Shown: piece after piece, positions 17,626 through 24,604 of the stretch
Numbering within the stretch: position 1 is the first letter of the stretch
Layout: the number at the start of each line of letters is the position of its first letter
Assembly: GCF_001017655.1 (NCBI RefSeq)
Contig: NZ_CP010904.1
Location: forward strand, 1 to 32,000
DNA: 32,000 nucleotides
DNA from: Kiritimatiella glycovorans
GTDB lineage: Bacteria > Verrucomicrobiota > Kiritimatiellia > Kiritimatiellales > Kiritimatiellaceae
Direction: 5' to 3'
Translations under genes and position numbers: made by a program
The notes under the pieces: model-generated
The model's database searches: none
Seen by the model: the letters and a program-made list of their open reading frames with translations, nothing else
What the model was told of the DNA's origin: nothing

Positions 17626-17787
17626 GACGGCCTCCTTTCCCGGGATTGACTCCCCGTCCGGTTCTGTTCATGGATCATGCAGACCGGAAGGGTCATCGTA
17701 CGCGATTCGCCGCCGGGGTCAATACCGTCCCGGCGGGCACATCGGGACTCGAACGGTTTGCCGCGACCTGCTAGGTTGCGCTCCGCA

Positions 17788-18534
17788 ATGGAGGCGGTGT
17801 TCGACAATATCCGGGTCGTCCTCGTGCGGCCGAAGTACGGCGGGAATATCGGAGCGGTCTGCCGGGCCATGATGAACGGCGGCCTGACCGACCTCGCCCT
17901 GGTCGCCCCGGATCCGCAGGCGGACTGGGAGGACGCACGGCGGCGCGCCCACAGTGCGGTGGACGTCCTGGACCGCGCCTGCCGCGTCGACACCCTGCAG
18001 GACGCGCTGGGCGACTGCGCGGCGGCGGCGGGCACCACGGCCCGCCCGGGCCTGTACCGCGCCCACGCCACGACCCCGCGCGAATTCGCCCCGCGTGCCC
18101 TCGAATGCGCCCGCGCCAACCGCGTGGCCCTCGTGTTCGGGCCGGAAGATAAAGGCCTGAACAACCGGGAACTGGCTTTGTGTACAGATCTGCTGCGCAT
18201 CCCGAGCAGCGGGCTGTACCCCTCGCTCAACCTGTCGCACGCGGTCTATGTCTGCGCGTACGAAATCTTTATGGCCTCCGGATCGTTCGAGCCGGAAGGC
18301 GAGCCGACGGGAGACGCCGCGATCGAGCAGCGCGAACGCATGTATGCTCTGTGGCGGGAGGTGATGGCGGAAACCGGCTTTGCCGAACCGGAGAAGATAG
18401 ACCATATGATGATGGGCCTCAGGCGCATCTTCTCCCGCGGCCGGCTCTCGGATAACGATGTGAGAATTCTACTCGGCCTGGCTCGCCAGACGCTGTGGGC
18501 CTGCAGGCGCAGGGACGGGAAGAACGGGGCCTGA
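17788..18534 (+). CDS. trmJ: SpoU/TrmH-class tRNA 2'-O-methyltransferase, TrmJ-like, 248 aa
   Basis: Start trimmed to ATG 17788 (MEAVFDNIRVVLVRPKYGGNIGAVCRAMMNGGL). ALVFGPEDKGL and YPSLNLSHAV knot motifs. Confidence 0.8.
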   Translation: MEAVFDNIRVVLVRPKYGGNIGAVCRAMMNGGLTDLALVAPDPQADWEDARRRAHSAVDVLDRACRVDTLQDALGDCAAAAGTTARPGLYRAHATTPREFAPRALECARANRVALVFGPEDKGLNNRELALCTDLLRIPSSGLYPSLNLSHAVYVCAYEIFMASGSFEPEGEPTGDAAIEQRERMYALWREVMAETGFAEPEKIDHMMMGLRRIFSRGRLSDNDVRILLGLARQTLWACRRRDGKNGA

Positions 18535-18662
18535 TTCATCCACTGAACAGCCCTATGCAGATCCATATTTTCGATCCCGATTTCGATCATCCGGAAACAT
18601 GGCTCTTCGTAGATTTTTGTGGTGGAGCCGTTCGGGGAAGAGGCGGGATGGAAGACGACAAA

Positions 18663-18760
18663 CGTTCGTAGTAGCGCCGCAAGCCTGCCCCCCCGGCAGG
18701 CCAGGCGCGTGAAGATAACGGCCCTTGTCCGCTGCGCGGACCTGCGGGCCTACTACGAAC
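18663..18760 (+). repeat. Y element copy Y4 (best-preserved copy)
   Basis: Perfect 12-bp terminal inverted repeat CGTTCGTAGTAG / CTACTACGAACG. Hairpin a GCCTGCC-CCCC-GGCAGGC (18681-18698). Hairpin b GTCCGC-TGC-GCGGAC (18726-18740). Confidence 0.92.
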
Positions 18761-18926
18761 GTGAGAGAGAACGCACCATTTCTTTGCCTGTGCTCTTCTC
18801 ATTCATCTTTGCGATCTCTGCGCCTTGGCGAGAGACCTTTCTTGTGTTTTCGGCCACGGATTACACCGATGACACGGATGAAATCTCGAAATCCGAATCG
18901 AAGTCGAAATCGGGATTCAGAGAGAA

Positions 18927-19024
18927 CATAATTCGTACGCGTACTCGGAGCGCCGACGGCGCGATCCCATCCCCCGATTCAAGGAATTCGAGTACGAGTA
19001 CCGCTTCGCTGAGTACGAGTACGA
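18927..19024 (+). repeat. A element copy A3
   Basis: CATAATTC GTACGC GTACTC GGA-GCGCC-GAC-GGCGC-GATCCCATCCCCCGATTCAAGGAATTC (GAGTAC)2 CGCTTCGCT (GAGTAC)2 GA. Confidence 0.9.
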
Positions 19025-19090
19025 CGGGACGCGAGCGGATTTCCCGTCGCCTCACCACAAAAAATTGCGTAGAACCGGAAACATGAACAG

Positions 19091-19111
19091 GGGGCGGACC
19101 CTGTCCGCCCC
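19091..19111. terminator. strong GC hairpin (GGGGCGGAC-CCT-GTCCGCCCC) downstream of the hsp20 operon
   Basis: Perfect 9-bp stem with a 3-nt loop, 46 bp past the stop of the last hsp20 gene. T-rich sequence follows on both strands (TGTTCCCGTGCTTTTT on +, CTGTTCATGTTTCC on -). Confidence 0.5.
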
Positions 19112-19156
19112 TGTTCCCGTGCTTTTTGCATCGCGGCGACTTTGCGCGGGGCCTCT

Positions 19157-19648
19157 TTAACCGGTCGTGATGTCGATCGTCCGGCGGCCGGACTTGTATT
19201 CCTCGGTTTTGGGAACTTCGACGTGGAGCACCCCGTTCTTGAAGTTCGCCCTGATGTTCTCCGTGTCCACCCCGTCCGGCAGCGGAATCGACCGCTGGAA
19301 CCGGCCGTAGGAGCGTTCGGACACGTAGTAATTTTTCTTCTTGTCCTCGGACTCCTGCTGCTTCTCGCCGGCGATGGTCAGCACGTCACCGTCGAGCGTG
19401 AGCTCCAGGTCGTCTTCCTTCATCCCGGGCAGCTCGGCGTCGACCGAGATCGCGCTGTCGGTCTCCGCGACCTCGAACCGCGGGACGACCGCCCCGAACC
19501 GTTCCGTGTCCCGGAAGGCCGGCATTTCGCCGAAGAAGTCCTCGAACAGTTCGTTCATCCGGCGCTGGAAGCCCTCAAAGGGATCGTACCCTTCGCCTCC
19601 GCGACGCTGGACTTCGTTCCTCCTTCTCCTCGGAATCAGGTTTTTCAT
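19157..19648 (-). CDS. Hsp20/alpha-crystallin small heat-shock protein, 163 aa (third gene of the operon)
   Basis: Start trimmed to ATG 19648 behind AGGAGGTG. ACD motifs AELPGMKEDDLELTLDGDVLTIAGEK ... FKNGVLHVEVPK. Confidence 0.9.
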   Translation of the reverse strand: MKNLIPRRRRNEVQRRGGEGYDPFEGFQRRMNELFEDFFGEMPAFRDTERFGAVVPRFEVAETDSAISVDAELPGMKEDDLELTLDGDVLTIAGEKQQESEDKKKNYYVSERSYGRFQRSIPLPDGVDTENIRANFKNGVLHVEVPKTEEYKSGRRTIDITTG

Positions 19649-19719
19649 AATTACACCTCCTGGTTTGAACGCTTCATTCCATTCGCTCACCGCGGTGCGG
19701 CGATTCCCCGCATCCGCAT

Positions 19720-20127
19720 TCAGCCCGTCCGGACTTCGATTTTCCTGGGACGGGCCTCCTCCGCTTTCGGGAGCGTGACCGTGAGCACCCCGTTCGCGAG
19801 ATGCGCGCGGATGTGGTCCCGGTCCACGCCGGTCAGAAGGCTGAAAGAGCGGCGGAAGATTCCGGTCCGGTATCCCGTATGGACCCGGTCGCGTCCCTCC
19901 GCCTTCTCTTCGGCCTGTTCGCCGGTGACCGTCAAAACATCCTGGTCGAGCTGAAGATCGATTGCGTCGGCGGGAACGCCGGGCATATCGGCCGTCAGCA
20001 CAATGTCCTGCTCCGTCTCGCAGATGTCGCAGGCCGGTGTCAGGATGGCGCGGTCGCGTGCCGGTTCCGCCGCTTCCTCCCGCGCGGGCCGCTCGTTCCG
20101 TTTAACCTGTATATTCCTGTCCGTCAT
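19720..20127 (-). CDS. Hsp20/alpha-crystallin small heat-shock protein, 135 aa (second gene)
   Basis: Start set at ATG 20127 (MTDRNIQ) behind GGAGG. ADMPGVPADAIDLQLDQDVLTVTGEQ ... LANGVLTVTLPK. Confidence 0.88.
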   Translation of the reverse strand: MTDRNIQVKRNERPAREEAAEPARDRAILTPACDICETEQDIVLTADMPGVPADAIDLQLDQDVLTVTGEQAEEKAEGRDRVHTGYRTGIFRRSFSLLTGVDRDHIRAHLANGVLTVTLPKAEEARPRKIEVRTG

Positions 20128-20154
20128 GGTCGCCTCCATGGTTTTGTCGAGTGC

Positions 20155-20580
20155 TTATTCCTCTCCCGTAATCGCAATCCTGCGCGGTCGGGTGGCCTCC
20201 GCGCGCGGGAGCGTGATCTTGAGGATCCCGTCTCGGTACTCGGCGCTCACCTTTTCCCGCTCCACTTCGTAAGGAAGATGGATGCGGCGCGAAAACGAAC
20301 CCGAAAGACGCTCCCTGCGATGCAGCTGCGCCCCCTCGCGGGGCTCGTGCGCCTTGCGCTCGCCCGAGATCGTCAGCTCGTTTCCCTGCACCGTGAGATC
20401 CATGTCTTCAGGCGCTACGCCGGGAACCTCGGCCGCGATCACCGCCTCGTCCTCACCGGTCCACATGTTCACCGGGGGAAAAACCGCCCCCGCTCTTCCA
20501 TAGCCGCTCAGCAGACGATTCATGTCATCCCGGAATCGCTCCATGCTGTCGAACGGATCCCTGTAGTCCAACCAGAACAT
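20155..20580 (-). CDS. Hsp20/alpha-crystallin small heat-shock protein, 141 aa (first gene)
   Basis: Start trimmed to ATG 20580 (MFWLDYRDPFDSM) behind AAGGAGG. AEVPGVAPEDMDLTVQGNELTISGER ... YRDGILKITLPR. Confidence 0.9.
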   Translation of the reverse strand: MFWLDYRDPFDSMERFRDDMNRLLSGYGRAGAVFPPVNMWTGEDEAVIAAEVPGVAPEDMDLTVQGNELTISGERKAHEPREGAQLHRRERLSGSFSRRIHLPYEVEREKVSAEYRDGILKITLPRAEATRPRRIAITGEE

Positions 20581-20622
20581 CTCGCACCTCCTTGTTAGTC
20601 GTTCCCTGTTGCGCCTTTGTTT

Positions 20623-20640
20623 AAGCATAGCTCGTGCCAG
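20623..20640 (-). promoter_or_regulatory. sigma-54 (RpoN) -24/-12 promoter upstream of the hsp20 operon
   Basis: The minus strand reads CTGGCACGAGCTATGCTT against the consensus YTGGCACG-N4-TTGCW. GG and GC have exact spacing and there is one mismatch in the -12 box. It lies about 42 nt upstream of ATG 20580. Confidence 0.6.
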
Positions 20641-20756
20641 AAATGGGCAGGAATTCATAATCCTATGGCGGACAACTTTTTAAGAGCATTGCCATTTAAT
20701 ATATATGTGTCCCTCTGACTCATTGGAGGGGTCGCGGCGGGGCGGAAAAGGGACAT

Positions 20757-20824
20757 AATGGCGCGGCGCGCCCGCGCACGTTTCGGTGCGTTCGGACGTG
20801 TGAGGGGCCGGAAAGGGCTTTTTT
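20757..20824 (+). repeat. T module (CGCAC-GTTTCG-GTGCG hairpin, then GGGGCCGGAAAGGGC plus T6)
   Basis: About 85-90% identical by eye to 31714-31776. Confidence 0.8.
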
Positions 20825-20907
20825 CGTACTCGAGTTCCTCGAATCGGGGGAGGGGGATCGCGCCTTCGGCGCTCCGAGTACGAGTACGAGTGCGCGTACG
20901 GATTATG
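20825..20907 (-). repeat. A element copy A4 (short left arm)
   Basis: The reverse complement reads CATAATCC GTACGC GCACTC GTACTC GTACTC GGA-GCGCC-GAA-GGCGC-GATCCCCCTCCCCCGATTCGAGGAACTC GAGTAC G. It is followed at 20908-20938 by an inverted P1 tail. Confidence 0.88.
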
Positions 20908-20990
20908 CCCCCCTCAACCCACTTTCATGCTCTTGATGGCCGCGACGCAAGCCGTCAGGGGCCGCGTTGCGGGGTGTTTTGCAAGAGGCT

Positions 20991-21038
20991 CTGACTCTGA
21001 TTCTGACTCTGACTCTGACTCTAATTCTGATTCTGACT
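20991..21038 (+). repeat. hexanucleotide microsatellite (CTGAYT)8
   Basis: CTGACT CTGATT CTGACT CTGACT CTGACT CTAATT CTGATT CTGACT. Bracketed by the perfect 10-bp inverted repeat GTTTTGCAAG (20976-20985) / CTTGCAAAAC (21057-21066). Confidence 0.95.
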
Positions 21039-21149
21039 CCCACACCCCGAAAAAGACCTTGCAAAACCCGTGTTGATCCTGTTGAATACTCCGTCCGTTT
21101 TCGATCGTTACGGAAAGAACATGCGCGTTCAGCGTGCGGGGCGGTTAAG

Positions 21150-21359
21150 ATGAAAAAAGAGATTCATCCGGAATACCAGGAAGCAGTCATCAAGTGCGCC
21201 TGCGGCAGCGAGTTGCGCACCCGGTCGACGGCAAAGGAAATGCACGTGAACACGTGCGCTCACTGTCATCCCTTCTTCACGGGCAAGGCCAAGTACATCG
21301 ACACCGAGGGCCGGGTCGAGCGCTTCCAGAAGCGTTACGCGAAGTTCATGAACAAGTGA
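21150..21359 (+). CDS. rpmE: 50S ribosomal protein L31 (Cys-containing, zinc-binding type), 69 aa
   Basis: Start trimmed to ATG 21150 (MKKEIHPEY). CxC ... CxxCHPFFTGK. Confidence 0.93.
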   Translation: MKKEIHPEYQEAVIKCACGSELRTRSTAKEMHVNTCAHCHPFFTGKAKYIDTEGRVERFQKRYAKFMNK

Positions 21360-21411
21360 CGCGGCACACGCGGGCCGGCTCCACGGGCGGCGCGCGCCTG
21401 GAGCGTGAGGA

Positions 21412-22518
21412 ATGATCGACCGGGCCTACCTCGAACGCCTGACCGGGCGCAGGGGCGAAATCGAAGCGGAGATGTCGCGGCCCGAGACCGCCGGCGACGC
21501 GGCCCGCATGCAGGCCCTGATGCGCGAATATTCGCGGCTCAAGGATCTCATCGCCGTCGCGGAGCAGTACCTGTCGCTGTCGGAACAGCACGAAGAGAGC
21601 CTGGCCGTGCTGGAAGATCCCGCCACCGAACCCGAACTCAGGGAACTCGCGGAAGAGCAGCGCCTGGAATCGGAAAAGGCGCTTCCCGCCGCCGAGAGAA
21701 ATCTTCAGCTTGCGCTCCTGGAGCCGGATCCGATGGACGAGAAACCGGTCATCGTGGAGATCCGCGCCGGCACGGGCGGAGAAGAGGCCGCGCTGTTTAC
21801 GGCCGACCTTTATAAAATGTACAGCCGATACGCCGAAAACGCCGGCTGGAGGACGTCGATTATATCCACCAGTGACTCCGACGCAGGGGGTTACAAAGAA
21901 ATCGTGTTCGGGGTCGAAGACGCCGCCGCGTATCGGTGGATGAAATACGAAAGCGGTACCCATCGGGTGCAGCGCGTTCCCGAAACAGAGACCCAGGGAC
22001 GCATTCATACCTCTGCGGCCACCGTAGCCGTCCTGCCCGAGGCCGAAGAGGTGGACATCGAAATCAATCCGCAGGATCTCAAAATCGACACCTACCGCGC
22101 CTCCGGAGCCGGCGGACAACACGTCAATACCACCGACTCCGCCGTCCGGATCACCCACGAACCTTCGGGCCTGATTGTGCAGTGCCAGGATGAGCGCTCG
22201 CAGCACAAGAACAGGGCAAAAGCACTTAAAGTATTGCGCTCCAAGCTTTTGGATCATCAGCGCCGGGAGGACGAAATGCGGGCGGCCGAGATGCGCAAGT
22301 CCCAGGTCGGAAGCGGGGACCGCAGCGAGAAGATCAGGACGTACAATTTTCCCCAGAATCGGGTCACGGATCACAGAATCAACCTGACCCTGTACAAGCT
22401 CGACCGCATCATGGCCGGAGAACTCGCGGAGCTGATCGAAACGCTCCGCGAGCGCGATCTTGAAAAGCGGATTGAAGCCGAGGTACAGACCGCCACGCCC
22501 CAAAACGGCTCATCCTGA
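21412..22518 (+). CDS. prfA: peptide chain release factor 1, 368 aa
   Basis: GGQ motif [21 protein letters not shown]1-type recognition loop [23 protein letters not shown] (PET variant of PxT). Confidence 0.94.
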   Translation: MIDRAYLERLTGRRGEIEAEMSRPETAGDAARMQALMREYSRLKDLIAVAEQYLSLSEQHEESLAVLEDPATEPELRELAEEQRLESEKALPAAERNLQLALLEPDPMDEKPVIVEIRAGTGGEEAALFTADLYKMYSRYAENAGWRTSIISTSDSDAGGYKEIVFGVEDAAAYRWMKYESGTHRVQRVPETETQGRIHTSAATVAVLPEAEEVDIEINPQDLKIDTYRASGAGGQHVNTTDSAVRITHEPSGLIVQCQDERSQHKNRAKALKVLRSKLLDHQRREDEMRAAEMRKSQVGSGDRSEKIRTYNFPQNRVTDHRINLTLYKLDRIMAGELAELIETLRERDLEKRIEAEVQTATPQNGSS

Positions 22519-22618
22519 GCCTGACCGCTTGGTCGACTTTTGATGCAGGTAAGATAAAGATGCGGGCAAACCCCGCAGCCGGGCACTGAAACGGCAACCC
22601 TTCCGTCCGGGTGTATTC

Positions 22619-24523
22619 ATGAATCAGGCATCCTACGAAGTGCTGGTGGTCGGTGGCGGCCACGCCGGAGTCGAGGCCGCCCTGGCCGCGGCACGGCTCG
22701 GAGGACGGGTTGCGCTGGTGACCCTGTCCCGCGACAGCATCGGCCGCATGTCCTGCAACCCCTCCATCGGCGGGATCGCCAAATCTCATATCGTCTGCGA
22801 GATCGACGCCCTCGGAGGGGAGATGGCCCGCAATACGGATTATACCGGGATCCAATACCGGACGCTCAACACAAGGAAAGGCCCCGCCGTACAGGCCCAT
22901 CGCGTCCAGAACGACAAGCAGGCCTACCCCCGCAGGCTGCAGGCCGTCATCGACGCCGTCAGCAGCCTCGATGTGTTTGAAGAAGAAGTCACCGCCCTGT
23001 GGATCAAAGACGCCCGGCTGCGGGGCGTCTGCACCGCACGCTCAGGCGTAATCGCAGCCGAAACCGTGGTGCTTACCGCAGGAACCTTCCTCGGCGCCCG
23101 CGTCCTCATCGGACACCAGAGCCGCGCCGAAGGACGCTTCGGCGACCCCGCGTCCGACCAACTGGCGGCCTCGCTGCGGGCCCTCGGCCTCTCCATGGAC
23201 CGCCTCAAGACCGGAACGCCCCCCAGGCTCCACAAAGACAGCATCGACTACGCAAAATTGAAGCCACAGCCCGGGTTCGAGCCCCCGCCCTTCTTTTCTC
23301 TCGCCGCACGGAAAGAGCGGGATCGATGGTTCCACGTGGAACATTCCGGGGAAAGAGAGCGTGCGCGGTGTGCGATGTTCCACGTGGAACATGAGTCTTC
23401 CGAAATGGCGCCCTGGGTTCCGGGATCGGGGCAGATCCCCTGCTGGCTGGGCGAGACGAATGAACGCACGCACGAGATCATACGGGAGAATCTGGAAAAG
23501 AGTTCGCTCTATGGCGGGCAGGTTACGGGGACGGGGGTCCGGTATTGCCCGTCGATCGAGGACAAGATCGTGAAGTTCCCGGATCGGAATGCGCATCATG
23601 TGTTCGTGGAGCCGGAGGGACGCGGCAATCCCCGGGTTTATCCGAATGGCACTTCGAACAGCCTTCCTGTCGAGGTTCAGGAGGAGATGATTCACTCGAT
23701 CCGCGGCCTCGAACGCGCGGAGTTTATCCGTCCGGGCTATGCCATCGAGTATGATTTCGTGGACCCGACCCAGCTGAACCATTCCCTGGAGACGCGGGAG
23801 GTGGAGAATCTTTTCTGTGCGGGACAGATCAACGGGACGACGGGCTACGAGGAAGCTGCGGGACAGGGGTTCGTTGCGGGGGTGAATGCGCTGAGAAAGG
23901 TGCGCGGAGCCGACCCGGTGCTGCTCGGGCGCGATGAGGCCTACATCGGGGTTCTGATCGACGACCTGGTGACCCGCGGGACGGATGAGCCCTATCGCAT
24001 GTTTACTTCGCGGGCGGAATACCGCCTGCTGCTCCGGCAGGATAATGCGCGCTTCAGGCTCCGCGCGCTCGCGGAGGAGATCGGCCTGGTGCGTCCTGAG
24101 GTTCTGCGCGAGACGGACGGTCTGGAATCGGCGGTGAGCGCTGAAATGGAACGGCTTGAAACCACGTTCCGGGGCCAGTCGTCGCTGGCACAGCTGTTAC
24201 GCCGCCCTGAGAACACCTACGAGGATCTTCCGGAGCGCGATGCGGGTTTGTCATCGGAGGCGGCCCGCCAGGTTGAGATCCGCATTAAATACGGCGGATA
24301 TATACAGAGAGAACTGGACAAGCTTAAGAGGGCGAGGCCGCTGGAGGAGGTAGCGATCCCGGGGGGGATCGATTACCGGGGGATCGCCGCGTTCCGCTAC
24401 GAGGCGGCGGAAAAACTGGACCGCATTCGGCCCGAGACGCTCGCGCAGGCGGCCCGAATCCCCGGCGTGAATCCGCCCGATATCGCGATCCTCCAGATGC
24501 ATATCCGCCGCATGACGGGATGA
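22619..24523 (+). CDS. mnmG: tRNA uridine-5-carboxymethylaminomethyl modification enzyme MnmG (GidA), 634 aa, with an internal insertion of about 34 aa
   Basis: FAD motif VVGGGHAGVEAALAAAR. GQINGTTGYEEAAGQG. RYCPSIEDK. Confidence 0.96.
   Translation: MNQASYEVLVVGGGHAGVEAALAAARLGGRVALVTLSRDSIGRMSCNPSIGGIAKSHIVCEIDALGGEMARNTDYTGIQYRTLNTRKGPAVQAHRVQNDKQAYPRRLQAVIDAVSSLDVFEEEVTALWIKDARLRGVCTARSGVIAAETVVLTAGTFLGARVLIGHQSRAEGRFGDPASDQLAASLRALGLSMDRLKTGTPPRLHKDSIDYAKLKPQPGFEPPPFFSLAARKERDRWFHVEHSGERERARCAMFHVEHESSEMAPWVPGSGQIPCWLGETNERTHEIIRENLEKSSLYGGQVTGTGVRYCPSIEDKIVKFPDRNAHHVFVEPEGRGNPRVYPNGTSNSLPVEVQEEMIHSIRGLERAEFIRPGYAIEYDFVDPTQLNHSLETREVENLFCAGQINGTTGYEEAAGQGFVAGVNALRKVRGADPVLLGRDEAYIGVLIDDLVTRGTDEPYRMFTSRAEYRLLLRQDNARFRLRALAEEIGLVRPEVLRETDGLESAVSAEMERLETTFRGQSSLAQLLRRPENTYEDLPERDAGLSSEAARQVEIRIKYGGYIQRELDKLKRARPLEEVAIPGGIDYRGIAAFRYEAAEKLDRIRPETLAQAARIPGVNPPDIAILQMHIRRMTG
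23328..23343. other. parS-like site 1 (GGTTCCACGTGGAACA), inside mnmG
   Basis: Matches 15 of 16 positions of the palindrome TGTTCCACGTGGAACA. The 14-bp core GTTCCACGTGGAAC is perfect. This is the GC-rich variant of the parS consensus TGTTNCACGTGAAACA. Confidence 0.7.
23376..23391. other. parS-like site 2 (TGTTCCACGTGGAACA), inside mnmG
   Basis: Perfect 16-bp palindrome, 48 bp centre-to-centre from site 1. Both are read in frame as FHVEH. Confidence 0.75.
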
Positions 24524-24604
24524 AGGTCCTTTTTTTAAAGGGGCTCTGCGAGAGGCTTCTTTCACAAGAGGCTCACAAAGGACCCTCCGCGAACGACCGC
24601 CGCA

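Larger units (their letters stand above)
18565..19075. repeat. composite repeat block R3: S-like fragment, P2, Y4, X, S, A3, inverted P-head-like tail
   Basis: P2 at 18603-18662; Y4 at 18663-18760; X at 18761 to about 18870; S at 18873-18926; A3 at 18927-19024; tail ..CACCACAAAAAATTGCGTAGAACC. Confidence 0.9.

Noticed and set aside
17735-17787. tRNA-like GGGACTCGAAC motif (T-arm look-alike on the minus strand) in the ilvD-trmJ spacer
   Set aside because: The flanking bases do not form a T stem (CGGGA is followed after the loop by GGTTT). No acceptor or anticodon arms can be drawn.
21242-21257. GCACGTG-AA-CACGTGC inverted repeat inside rpmE
   Set aside because: It encodes the conserved MHVNTCAHC zinc-ribbon segment of L31. 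The arms do not match the parS flanks, so it is most likely a by-product of codon choice.
24525-24584. GGTCCTTT ... AAAGGACC inverted repeat between the convergent mnmG and alaS genes, as a possible bidirectional terminator
   Set aside because: It has an 8-bp stem but a loop of about 44 nt. The T7 run lies inside the structure rather than after it. It is too weak to call an intrinsic terminator from sequence alone.
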